DNA from: a virus
Lineage: Duplodnaviria; Caudoviricetes
DNA: 64,000 nt
Direction: 5' to 3' (one strand)
Virus record (IMG/VR): IMGVR_UViG_3300011774_000001
Location: 128,001 to 192,000 of that record
The stretch's first letter is position 1, and each line of letters begins with the position of its first letter. The notes below the pieces were generated by a model that saw only the letters and a program-made list of their open reading frames with translations, did no database searches and was not told the origin of the DNA. A program made the position numbers and the translations under genes. This document shows positions 47,965-57,353 of this stretch, in pieces.

Positions 47965-49482
47965 ATGGGAGATTCGGCTGTGGGACTACATGCCTACATC
48001 GTTGACCATAAGCAGATCCTCGAACAACTCGAAGAACCGCCGCTTGTAGTCAATGACCTGAATCTTGACTTCGGGACCAAAGAAGGTAAAGATCAGCTGG
48101 CCATGTACCTGTCGTTTCAATTCGACGGAGACATCATCCCAGCGGTACCTACCTGTCTGGGCGGCCATATCGGCGGCGAGGACAAGCTTGGTGTCAAGTG
48201 TGAGATCTGCGATACACGGGTAACCAGCCTCGTGGACCGCGCGGTAGATCAGAGCGTCTGGATTCGTCCACCGGAAGGTGTCAACGGATTCATTCATCCT
48301 GAAGTCTGGAACATTCTGTCTCCTAGACTGACCCCACTCAAGTCGTTCTCGATGATGAGCTGGGTGTGTGACCCCAACTACGGTGAACAACTGCCAGCGT
48401 TCCAGGCGGTACTCGATGAGTACAAGAAGGTGCACAAGCGTGGGTTGAACTACGTGTTGGAACATTTCGATGATGTGATTCGTTTCATCATGACATCGAA
48501 GCTGTGTAACAAACTGTCGCTACAGGACAAGACCGACATTCAGTTGTTCTTGCTGCAAAACCGCGACAAGGTAGTGCAGAAGTATTTGCCGCTGCCTAGC
48601 TCCATCTTTGTGGTGTCCGAAAAGACAGCGATGGGTACTTACGCTGACGAGAAGACACCTGCCCTGTTGGATGCGATCTACATGATCACCTCCACCTACG
48701 GATCGGCTATTGCGCTGAACCAACGGCAACGCGAATCGCATGCTGCCAGGTTCATGGCATCCATCGGTCCGTGTTATCAGGCAATCTGTACCAAGTTCAT
48801 CGGCAGTAAGTATGGCCTGGTTCGCCGTCAGTTGATCGGCAGCCGTCTGCACTTTACCGGCCGAGCGGTGATTACATCCATCAGCGATGCTCACCATTAT
48901 GAAGAGCTGCATGTACCTTGGGCCTTCGCTGTACAAATCCTGGAACCGCATCTCCAAGCGAAACTCATGCGTCGAGGTTTCTCGGCCAACGATGCGCTGG
49001 AGTTCCTGGAAGACAACACGCTGCAATGGCATCCACTGCTGCGTGAAATGTTCGACGAGTTGATCGCCGAAGCACCGCCTATCGATGACTTCCCACCGGG
49101 AATCTTCGAAGACATCGACGAGGACCCATCTCTGCTCCGAGGCATTCCGTGCCTGCTGCAGCGTAACCCTTCGTTGACTCGTCTGTCGGCTCAGTGCCTG
49201 CGCATCACCCGAATCAAAGACGACGTGGAAGATTACACCATTTCCGTGTCCAACATGATTCTGGTCAGTTACAACGCCGACTTCGATGGCGACGAACTGA
49301 ACTTGCTGCTGTGCCTGGACAAGAAGATGTTGTCTTGGTTCAACCGTTTCCGTCCACACTTGGGCATGCGTTCGCTGCGTGAGCCGCGTTCCCTGTCTGA
49401 CAACCAGAAGATCCACGCACCAGTCGCTGCTACATGGGCGCACTATGTGCATCACTCTGAACGCCGAGAGACCGTTCATTAG
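47965..49482 (+). CDS. non-virion RNA polymerase beta-prime N-terminal/catalytic subunit (phiKZ gp55-56.1-like)
   Basis: NADFDGD catalytic motif, GSRLHFTGRAVI, QRNPSL, Zn-binding CEIC; real start may be GTG 47980. Confidence 0.93.
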   Translation: MGDSAVGLHAYIVDHKQILEQLEEPPLVVNDLNLDFGTKEGKDQLAMYLSFQFDGDIIPAVPTCLGGHIGGEDKLGVKCEICDTRVTSLVDRAVDQSVWIRPPEGVNGFIHPEVWNILSPRLTPLKSFSMMSWVCDPNYGEQLPAFQAVLDEYKKVHKRGLNYVLEHFDDVIRFIMTSKLCNKLSLQDKTDIQLFLLQNRDKVVQKYLPLPSSIFVVSEKTAMGTYADEKTPALLDAIYMITSTYGSAIALNQRQRESHAARFMASIGPCYQAICTKFIGSKYGLVRRQLIGSRLHFTGRAVITSISDAHHYEELHVPWAFAVQILEPHLQAKLMRRGFSANDALEFLEDNTLQWHPLLREMFDELIAEAPPIDDFPPGIFEDIDEDPSLLRGIPCLLQRNPSLTRLSAQCLRITRIKDDVEDYTISVSNMILVSYNADFDGDELNLLLCLDKKMLSWFNRFRPHLGMRSLREPRSLSDNQKIHAPVAATWAHYVHHSERRETVH

Positions 49483-49490
49483 GAGACAGC

Positions 49491-49874
49491 ATGAATCAAT
49501 TGGGCCCCAACCTGACCAAGATTCTGCAAGAGCAACAAGATCAAGCCGATGAAGGTATCCGCGACCTCATCGGTGATACCGCGGGTGTCAATGCCATCGT
49601 CGATGGTGTTGCCGTGGTAATCCTGGAAAAGATGGCCATGGCACAAGTCGTGGCCACTACCAGTGCGCTGGCCGCAGGCACTCCCCTGGATGTGAGTAAG
49701 ATCCAACAGGGGCGGGTTAAGCTTGTAGAGGGTCTGCTGATGATGCTGGAAGGCCAAGACATGTTGGTCGACTACATCGGTGAAGATGAGATCCTGGGCG
49801 ACGCTGACTTGCTGGATGTTCTCCGCGAGTTCATCGCCTACAACCAACCCCCATCCGAGGAGCCGGAACAATGA
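49491..49874 (+). CDS. small helical hypothetical protein
   Basis: AGGAG SD. Confidence 0.75.
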   Translation: MNQLGPNLTKILQEQQDQADEGIRDLIGDTAGVNAIVDGVAVVILEKMAMAQVVATTSALAAGTPLDVSKIQQGRVKLVEGLLMMLEGQDMLVDYIGEDEILGDADLLDVLREFIAYNQPPSEEPEQ

Positions 49875-50290
49875 GTCGTTTGGAAAAGTACACCGACCTG
49901 CACCGCTACGCTACCCGTCTTGCCGAAGACGATCTGACCGAGGCTTCTGATGAAGCGGCCACAGTTGCATTCGCCATCGGCCAGGTAACCTGCGCAATCG
50001 GTAGCACCATCCAGGGCGTCGCTGAGCGCATCCACAACTCGAACGATGAACCGGCCAAGCAAATGTTCTACGCCGGTCTGTCTGACATCACCGAGCGTCT
50101 GGCTTCTATCGGTGAAGACGTGGGCGTAATTGCAGCACCATTCGCCGACCTGCGCGAAGGCGATCACGAAGTGGACAAACCGCTGCGTGAAGACGCGAAC
50201 ATGTTCGACGACAAGCACGCCGAAACGATTCTGTTCCAGGCGCAGCAGTTCATCGGCGAACACCTGCACGAGGGTCGTATCAGTGAGTAA
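49871..50290 (+). CDS. small helical protein, paralogue of next gene
   Basis: MSRLEKYTDLHR. Confidence 0.8.
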   Translation: MSRLEKYTDLHRYATRLAEDDLTEASDEAATVAFAIGQVTCAIGSTIQGVAERIHNSNDEPAKQMFYAGLSDITERLASIGEDVGVIAAPFADLREGDHEVDKPLREDANMFDDKHAETILFQAQQFIGEHLHEGRISE

Positions 50291-50741
50291 CCTCGCCCGC
50301 TATACCAACCTGCATCGCATGACCACTGATCTCAATGTGGAAGCTGAAATCGAGAAAATCGAAGACAGCCCCAGCAGCGAAGATCGGCAAGTGGTTGCCG
50401 CCGTTGGCGCAAGTGTCATGGCGCTCGGCATGGGTATGGTTGAAATCGCTGGCAACCCAGAAGTCAAGGACGAGGCCATCGATGGTCTGCTGGCCACGGC
50501 TGCTGGTGTGGCACCGGTAACGGCCAATGGTTTGGAAGCAATGCGCGCTGCTGTACCAGAAGCTTTGGACGGCGACGACGTGGCGATGTTCGGCATCATG
50601 GGCATGGGTCTGCGTGAAGTGGTTGCTTATCACCAGGACCGCTTGACCGGTACCCGCAAGATTCAGAACAGCTCCATCTCTGGTATGACGCTGCCGAAAG
50701 ACAGCGACGAGCCGGTAGATGAAGAAGAGCCAATTGATTGA
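50283..50741 (+). CDS. small helical protein, paralogue of previous gene
   Basis: GAGGG SD with GTG 50283; MSNLARYTNLHR. Confidence 0.8.
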   Translation: MSNLARYTNLHRMTTDLNVEAEIEKIEDSPSSEDRQVVAAVGASVMALGMGMVEIAGNPEVKDEAIDGLLATAAGVAPVTANGLEAMRAAVPEALDGDDVAMFGIMGMGLREVVAYHQDRLTGTRKIQNSSISGMTLPKDSDEPVDEEEPID

Positions 50742-50750
50742 AGGTGAAAA

Positions 50751-51392
50751 ATGGCACAGGTCATTTACGGCGGAGAGAACGTCATCAACGAGCTGGTGTA
50801 TGGTGCTCGTTCTGACGCTCTGATTCAGGAGCTGAAGAACCACATCAGCATCCAGAATCCAATGCTCAACGAGCAGGGCCGGATGTACGCTCAGCAATCT
50901 GCCCAGATCTTCGAAGAGGTGTCTGGCTGGGATGCTGTGCGTGCTGCGCGTAAAGCAGCATCTGCGGTCGATGGTTATGTTCAGAGCAATCAGCTCGTTG
51001 TGATCAACACGGTAGAAGGGTTGCAGGTCGCACCTCCACGCACTCAGCGTTGGATCATGTGCGAACCCAATACTCGACAGTTCTATCAAGAAGGTCGCAT
51101 CGACGGTTACTCGGACAGCTACGTGGATATCCAACCTGCGGCTATCGGTGCCAATCATTACGATTGGACGCTGGCAACCAATGGTCTGGTGCGTGGTTAT
51201 GAGTACGTCAATGAGGAAGGCGAGGATCAAGTTCGGTATGAGCATACTCAGATCCAGCGAGAACTCGCGTCCTGGGACGAACCGCTCAGGCCACGCAACG
51301 TGGTGGACATCGCCCGCATCCATCAGGTGCAACGTCTGAACCTTGTAGAAGGTGGGGACGACTTTACCAGCCGGTACGGTGGGAAGATCTGA
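50751..51392 (+). CDS. conserved core protein (phiKZ gp59 / Imp3-like by synteny)
   Basis: LQVA...QRWIMCEP.TR, DGYSDSY, IG..HYD, DDFTS. Confidence 0.65.
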   Translation: MAQVIYGGENVINELVYGARSDALIQELKNHISIQNPMLNEQGRMYAQQSAQIFEEVSGWDAVRAARKAASAVDGYVQSNQLVVINTVEGLQVAPPRTQRWIMCEPNTRQFYQEGRIDGYSDSYVDIQPAAIGANHYDWTLATNGLVRGYEYVNEEGEDQVRYEHTQIQRELASWDEPLRPRNVVDIARIHQVQRLNLVEGGDDFTSRYGGKI

Positions 51393-51462
51393 ATGAAGAT
51401 GGGGGCGGCCTTCGGGTCGCCCTCATTTTTATGACACTATTTTTTTTTTGCCGGAGATGACC

Positions 51463-51888
51463 ATGCCAACGAATGCGTATCCAGCCCTTGATGGGTGGAT
51501 CACTGCCGTAGACCGAAAGTGCGATCGCATCCTCATGGATACCTTCGCAGCCGACCAAGCCCAGTCGAACATTTTCCTGGGTAACGTCACCAGTATTCAG
51601 TACATCATCTACTCCAATGGTCAGGACATCATTGGTGCAGGTAATGAAATCGCTAACGCATTGCAGCGTCTGTTCTTGCGTTACTTCGACGCCGCTATCT
51701 TTACCGCCAAGGTCACCGAGTTCAAAGACAAGTCCGGCCGTTACGACATCGCCCTGACAGGTCAAGTGATTCAAGATGGTCGTCGTTATGACTTCGGTCG
51801 CCAGGTGGAGTTCGCCAACGGACTCATTGTTAAAATCATGACAGACAGTGGGGTGTTGCTATGGTCGCCGAGTCTGGTGATGGCGTAA
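51463..51888 (+). CDS. conserved phiKZ-like core protein
   Basis: GGAG SD; GWI...K.D...QSNIF.G..TS motif; synteny. Confidence 0.7.
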   Translation: MPTNAYPALDGWITAVDRKCDRILMDTFAADQAQSNIFLGNVTSIQYIIYSNGQDIIGAGNEIANALQRLFLRYFDAAIFTAKVTEFKDKSGRYDIALTGQVIQDGRRYDFGRQVEFANGLIVKIMTDSGVLLWSPSLVMA

Positions 51889-52190
51889 AGGCGATAAAGG
51901 TTGGGGTGATTGCCCACGTCCATCCAAATAGCAGGACAGCATTGGTCATTTCAGCCCTGCGCGCGATGCGGGATGTTGAAGTGGTGGAGCTGACTGAAAA
52001 AGACGTACTCATCGTCGACGATGGTATCTGTCCCAAACTGATCGACCAGCTCAAGGACTACCCAGAGTCTACGCTGTACGGTAACGAGATGATCTCACCT
52101 TATGCGAGCATGGGTCGTCGAGGTAAGGGCGAAAAGAAAAGAGACCGGGCAATGCAACGCCGGTTCTACGGAAGAGGTAATTCATTTTGA
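51861..52190 (+). CDS. hypothetical protein with basic C-terminus
   Basis: Fills the gap between core genes and overlaps both. Confidence 0.55.
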   Translation: MVAESGDGVKAIKVGVIAHVHPNSRTALVISALRAMRDVEVVELTEKDVLIVDDGICPKLIDQLKDYPESTLYGNEMISPYASMGRRGKGEKKRDRAMQRRFYGRGNSF

Positions 52191-52885
52191 ACGACTTGAA
52201 CAACGACGAGTTGCAAAAACTCAACGAACGTAACAACGCCGTTGCAGCGCTGGCAGACAAGATCCCTGCTGGCATCCCCTACGGCGTCCGTGAAGCCATC
52301 GCAGAGCTTAAACTCTCTGGACTGGGGGAGTTAGCGCGGGTCAATGAGTCAACCTTCGTACACGAGGTCCTACCGGCCTTAACGGGTGAAGAAGGAACCC
52401 TCATCGACTTCAAGTGGTGGGGCTTTCGTATCGGTAGTCCTTTCAAGGGCTTCTACATCGTGGAAGACAATGATCCGTCGACCATTCTGTTTGAGGTTCC
52501 TCCACTGCTGGACAGTAACTTCAAACTACGTCCTGCAAAGTCCCCACGGGACACGGTACGTGAAGCGGCGGCCAACTATCAGAACCGTGCCTACAACCGC
52601 CCTCATCAGGCTAAGAGCGAGTTTAACGACGCGTTGCGTGCTCGCCTTGACTTCTCCGAGACAGGGCGTGCCGCCAAGCACATGCTGATGTTGGACAAGA
52701 TCTTCATCCACTACGGAAAACCCTCTATCTTTGAGAAGGTTACCGACCCAGTCGTCTTGGCTGAAGTTGAACGCCTTAAGAAAGAGCAGGGTGATACGTC
52801 CGCCACTCCCGGTGCGACTCCGTCTACTCCTGTTGAACAGACATTCAACGAGATGGACTATTCCGATGAGGGAATGCTCGATTAA
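52187..52885 (+). CDS. conserved phiKZ-like core protein
   Basis: GAGGT SD with TTG; E..FV..VLP, W...IGSP, LFEVPPL. Confidence 0.75.
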   Translation: MNDLNNDELQKLNERNNAVAALADKIPAGIPYGVREAIAELKLSGLGELARVNESTFVHEVLPALTGEEGTLIDFKWWGFRIGSPFKGFYIVEDNDPSTILFEVPPLLDSNFKLRPAKSPRDTVREAAANYQNRAYNRPHQAKSEFNDALRARLDFSETGRAAKHMLMLDKIFIHYGKPSIFEKVTDPVVLAEVERLKKEQGDTSATPGATPSTPVEQTFNEMDYSDEGMLD

Positions 52886-54065
52886 TATTGGCAGTACGAG
52901 CGACGTCCACATGGGGCATCCACGTACGCCCTCTGAGTTAATCTCGGAGAACTTCAAGACGTATATCCTCCCGGACAATGCTGTCACCGCAGAGCTGGAT
53001 ATCTTCCTCATCTGCGGTGACTTCTGGGACCGTCTGTTGAATCTGCCAGATAAAGATGTGTACGTGGCCCGCATGTTGTTGGTTTACATCCTGCTGGTGT
53101 GCGCCAAGTACCGAATCATTCTGCGGATTCTGGAAGGCACTCCCCGTCACGACCGTAAGCAGTCGAAGATGGTGCAAGAACTGATTGATATCATGAAACT
53201 GGATATCGATTACAAGTACATGGATGGTTGCCAGATCGAGTACATCAAAAGTCTCGACATCAATGTGCTGTACATTCAGGACGAATACGGCACCCCTGAA
53301 AGTGCTCTGGCTGATTTCAAAAGACTGCTGGCAGAAAAGCAGTTGGAGAAGGTGGACATTGCCTGCATGCACGGGCAGTTCGAACACCAACTCCCAGACG
53401 TTGAGGGAGCAAGGCATAAGTGCCATGTCGCTCGCGAGTATCTGGCTCTGGTGCGTTACGTGATCTTCATTGGTCACGACCACAGGTTCAGTGAGTTCCG
53501 CTTACCGGAGTTCAACAGTGTCATCATCGCACACGGTTCAGCTGACCGCCTGATCCATGGCGAGGAAGAGCCTAAGGGTTCTGTACGGGCATTGATCGAT
53601 CAGAAGGGGAATGTCAACATTACCTTCGTCGAGAACAAAGGGGCGATGGACTATCGCACGGTTGACGTAGCAGGTCTTTCGACCGACGAAGTGATGCTCC
53701 TGATTCAAGGACTCAAGCTGCGTGATGGCAGCTACATCCGGTTGAAGGGCGACATCTTCGATAAAGGACTGCGGATGATTCGTCATCTGCGCAAAGATTT
53801 CCCGCAGTACCGTCTAGACCCTCTTCCCATCAAAGAGAAGAAGCGACAGTTAGAGGAAGTGAAAATCTCTTCTACCTACAGACCGCCACAGATCAGTCAG
53901 GGCAACGTGACTGCATTGGTGGCGGATTGGTTAGTGCGCCACGGATCTTCCGAGGATGAGGTGAAGGACTGTGAGGACCACTTAAATGAGCAAATCAACT
54001 CAGGCGCTAGCCGCCAGGGAGCAAGGGCAGTTCCCGATTTCCAAGGGTACCAGCTTGGCCATTGA
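52866..54065 (+). CDS. SbcD/Mre11-like metallophosphoesterase nuclease
   Basis: SDVH, GDFWD, EGTPRHD, MHG, GHDH motifs. Confidence 0.88.
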   Translation: MRECSINIGSTSDVHMGHPRTPSELISENFKTYILPDNAVTAELDIFLICGDFWDRLLNLPDKDVYVARMLLVYILLVCAKYRIILRILEGTPRHDRKQSKMVQELIDIMKLDIDYKYMDGCQIEYIKSLDINVLYIQDEYGTPESALADFKRLLAEKQLEKVDIACMHGQFEHQLPDVEGARHKCHVAREYLALVRYVIFIGHDHRFSEFRLPEFNSVIIAHGSADRLIHGEEEPKGSVRALIDQKGNVNITFVENKGAMDYRTVDVAGLSTDEVMLLIQGLKLRDGSYIRLKGDIFDKGLRMIRHLRKDFPQYRLDPLPIKEKKRQLEEVKISSTYRPPQISQGNVTALVADWLVRHGSSEDEVKDCEDHLNEQINSGASRQGARAVPDFQGYQLGH

Positions 54066-54858
54066 GTCATTGGCTAACCTGATCCCTGACCGAGACCACA
54101 TCAAGCCTGTTCCGATTGGCCAGATTGATGTGGTGCTGGTGAACATCCGTACGATCTATCGCAACATGTTGGGTGGGTTGAAAGCTGCTGCCAAGGAATT
54201 GGTATTGGCCGAAGACCTGCCAGACTACATCTTCCAGGAGATGGAGCAGATTCGTGCGGCGGTCACCAAGATCAGTAACAGTCGAGTGGAGACGTACTTC
54301 TATCTGTGCACCTACCCAGACCTGAAGAAACGTTTCCCCGAAGCTCAGCTGATCGAGCCTACCACCTTAAAGCAAAAGGCGGCTAAGGACATGGAGGACA
54401 AGGTGATGAAAGCCATGGTCGCCAGTCCTCAGTTGTACGGCTACCCCAAGATCTTTGAGTATCTTGTGGAGGGTGGTAAGTTGGAGAATGACCGGGTGGC
54501 TATTCTGACTCACCTACCCTTGGACTTGGTAAACCGTTACCAGTTCAAGGAGATGTATTTGCTAGAGAGCAACACTGGCGCATTCAAAAAGCCCAGCGAG
54601 TTCAACAGCAAGTTCAAGGTAAGACCAGAAGGCACTCACCTGCCGTTCTCTCTGTTCACCCTGCAGATCTTTGGCGATGGCGGCAAGATGTTTCAGCCGA
54701 TGTTGTCTGAAGTTACAAGCTTTGTGGCAGAGCTGGCCAAGAGCAATCGCTGGACGCCACTCACCACCGCAGAGAAGATCAAGTACAACCTTGATAACGC
54801 TCCGCACAACAAGTTTTCCACGTTTCTCAAAACACTGCTACGGGGCATTAAAGCGTAA
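53986..54858 (+). CDS. conserved core protein (phiKZ gp66-like by synteny)
   Basis: ISKGTSLAIESL, NIRTIYRN, THLPLDL, LLESNTG, QIFGD. Confidence 0.75.
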   Translation: MSKSTQALAAREQGQFPISKGTSLAIESLANLIPDRDHIKPVPIGQIDVVLVNIRTIYRNMLGGLKAAAKELVLAEDLPDYIFQEMEQIRAAVTKISNSRVETYFYLCTYPDLKKRFPEAQLIEPTTLKQKAAKDMEDKVMKAMVASPQLYGYPKIFEYLVEGGKLENDRVAILTHLPLDLVNRYQFKEMYLLESNTGAFKKPSEFNSKFKVRPEGTHLPFSLFTLQIFGDGGKMFQPMLSEVTSFVAELAKSNRWTPLTTAEKIKYNLDNAPHNKFSTFLKTLLRGIKA

Positions 54859-54914
54859 CCATTCACGGTTATTGTTTGTGACCCAACACACTTAATTTTC
54901 CAAGGAGCAACCCC

Positions 54915-55655
54915 ATGTCCGGCGGCAACGCAGCCCGTACTTCCCTCCCCACCGCGCTGATCGAATTCCGTCTGCGTCTTACTGCCGACAAGTTGCCAGA
55001 AGGGCGTAAGAACCCTAACCTGGAAATCAACGTCGACAAAAAGAACGGCGTATCCATCAGCTGCAATACCGGCATCTTCGGCGCCGACAATGCTCAGATC
55101 CGTATCAACGGCACCATGGGTGCTTTCGAGTTCGGCCTGATCAACATGTACGCCGAGCAGATCTTCTCCAAAGAAGCCGGCTTCAAGTTCCCACTGGTTC
55201 GTCTGTACGGCCCGCGTAAGAAACGCACACCACAAGACGCCGGTAAAGGTCTGGACTGCGTTGTACTGGTCGGCAAAGACGCCAACGGTACCTGCTTCAT
55301 CTCGGTCATGCGCAAAGACGCGCCGCAGGTCAAGTTCGTGTTCGCTCCTGGCCGTTGGGCAGAGCTGGCCGATGCTTCGACCAACCAGCCGCTCAACATC
55401 ACTGAAATGTCCAACTGGTACTCCCAGGCCTGGGCACGCACCATGGCTCCGCTGGTCGAGTACGCTCTCAACCTGAAGGTCTACGACTTCCGCGAAGAGA
55501 ACGACAACAACGGTGGTGGCAACAACCAGCAGGGCAACGGTCAGAACAACTGGCAGCAGCGCAACAACCAACAGGGTAGCCAGCAACAAGCTGCCGCTCC
55601 TGCAGCTGCAGCCAACAATGACTTCGGCGGTTTCGACGACGACATCCCGCTGTAA
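54915..55655 (+). CDS. chmC: nucleic-acid-binding protein, ChmC / phiKZ gp67-like, with N/Q-rich tail
   Basis: Immediately upstream of the gp68-like subunit; beta-rich domain plus low-complexity N/Q/G tail; strong codon bias; assignment by synteny. Confidence 0.65.
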   Translation: MSGGNAARTSLPTALIEFRLRLTADKLPEGRKNPNLEINVDKKNGVSISCNTGIFGADNAQIRINGTMGAFEFGLINMYAEQIFSKEAGFKFPLVRLYGPRKKRTPQDAGKGLDCVVLVGKDANGTCFISVMRKDAPQVKFVFAPGRWAELADASTNQPLNITEMSNWYSQAWARTMAPLVEYALNLKVYDFREENDNNGGGNNQQGNGQNNWQQRNNQQGSQQQAAAPAAAANNDFGGFDDDIPL

Positions 55656-55738
55656 GTAAGTGAGTGAATGGTGGGCCAAACAGGCCTGCCATTTATGCTC
55701 CTAGTTAGAAAAGTTGGCATAGCGATCAACTAGATTTG

Positions 55739-55759
55739 AAACCTAAATTATCAACCTGA
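55739..55759 (+). promoter_or_regulatory. phage promoter motif, copy 9
   Basis: AAACCTAAATTATCAACCTGA. Confidence 0.8.
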
Positions 55760-55803
55760 GCATCCCCCAAGATGTTCGTTATTCAACTAAGGAGCCCTCA
55801 CAC

Positions 55804-57327
55804 ATGGAGATCTTGATTGAAGGTTATTCTCCTACGGGAGCCTTCAAACGGGTTGCCATCGTCAACGATGGTAAAACGATCTCGTGGAACACGCAGACTT
55901 ATTCCAAGCTGAAGTTCCACAATGCGGCTGTGATCTTCAAAGAGATCAACGAGCTGTGGGCAAAGAAGACGCCTGAAGTTAAGGCAACTATCTTTGCGGC
56001 TTTTGAGGAGATCCATCAACACCTCACAGAGCCAGAGGACAACCAACAACAGGTCGAAAGACTGGGCGTGTTGGTAGCAACAATCTACAAACACTTTACA
56101 GCCAAAGATGCCGAAGATATCGTCAACAGTTTGAACCTGACGTATCCAAGCTCGATGGCCGAAGACTACAGCACCATCCCCGATAATGGTCGTACACATA
56201 CTCGGGCGGACTACCACAGACTGGTTCAGTTGGCGATTCGCCTGCGTCCCATGCTGCCGGTGTTCGGGCAATACATTCACACGTTCCTGGATCAGCCGGG
56301 CTCCCAGTATCGGGAAACCAGCGCGGTCAAGATTCTGAACGACACGGATGTACTGAGGATGCCAGCTGTAGAAAAGCTGGTTGGGTTCATGGAGGCAACT
56401 CTCAAGAACTTCCAGCATCAGGACTCGGCAATCCTGGGCGGCAAGCTGGGTTCTGCGGAGATGCCTTACTGGCTGGTCGCCAAGGCTATCTTCCGAAGGA
56501 TCGCTCCAGGGGAAGTGCACAGCGTGGATGATGTTTCTTCGATCATCACCAACGTGTACAACTTTGTGGTGAAGTCGACTCTCGACTCCATCCCAAGGAA
56601 CTTTGGCGGTACCAAGAACAAGACTCGCACAACCGAAGGCTCGGGCAAGGATGAGAACGTTTCGTTACTTGAAGCGATTCGTATCCGTGAACAGGTTTCC
56701 GGTGGTCGTCGTAAGGTGGTGGATGTTTACTCGCGTAACATTCTATTCACTGCGCGTCGAGTGGACCTCTCTGTACCAGAAGAAAAGGTAACCGAGTGCT
56801 GCAGACCAGACATGGTTCGCATCAGTCGTCCGGTGCACGATGTTCAACGTGTGCTTGCCTGCTGGGTGATGTCCCGTGGCCAACCGCCATCCCACTACGA
56901 CCTGCTCAAGCGTGAGCCTGTGTATCGTTTCATCGGGGCAGCCCAAGCCCTGCTGTGGCACTGGGGTTACCTGGAGTTGGCAGCGTTGATGGAAGCGGTA
57001 CCTGTGCAAGATCTGACCATGGCTCCCGCTGCTGCTCTTTGGGCACGCGAAGAGCTGAGCAAAGATCGGTTGGAAAAGCTGCGTGCTCGTTATCCCTACA
57101 CGACGCAGTTGACCCGTGGTAGCCAGAACCCCGACGAGGCTATCAAGGGTGTTGTGGAGAATGCGGAACTTGCCCGCATGATTCACAGTGAAGAATGGGT
57201 CCTGGACAAAGACTCGCGGTTCTACGATCTCGTAAACCACAACGAGCAAGGACATCTGATCCTGTCCCCAGGTTTCCGCAACACAATCGCTGACCTGCAA
57301 CTCGAAGTGTCCTCGGGTACGTGGTAA
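55804..57327 (+). CDS. nvRNAP fifth (promoter-specificity) subunit, phiKZ gp68-like
   Basis: About 500 aa; F.EIN, DY..L..LAI.LRPM.PVFG.Y, AQALLWHWG motifs; synteny. Confidence 0.75.
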   Translation: MEILIEGYSPTGAFKRVAIVNDGKTISWNTQTYSKLKFHNAAVIFKEINELWAKKTPEVKATIFAAFEEIHQHLTEPEDNQQQVERLGVLVATIYKHFTAKDAEDIVNSLNLTYPSSMAEDYSTIPDNGRTHTRADYHRLVQLAIRLRPMLPVFGQYIHTFLDQPGSQYRETSAVKILNDTDVLRMPAVEKLVGFMEATLKNFQHQDSAILGGKLGSAEMPYWLVAKAIFRRIAPGEVHSVDDVSSIITNVYNFVVKSTLDSIPRNFGGTKNKTRTTEGSGKDENVSLLEAIRIREQVSGGRRKVVDVYSRNILFTARRVDLSVPEEKVTECCRPDMVRISRPVHDVQRVLACWVMSRGQPPSHYDLLKREPVYRFIGAAQALLWHWGYLELAALMEAVPVQDLTMAPAAALWAREELSKDRLEKLRARYPYTTQLTRGSQNPDEAIKGVVENAELARMIHSEEWVLDKDSRFYDLVNHNEQGHLILSPGFRNTIADLQLEVSSGTW

Positions 57328-57353
57328 GCAATCTCTTTTAAGGAACAAGTGCT

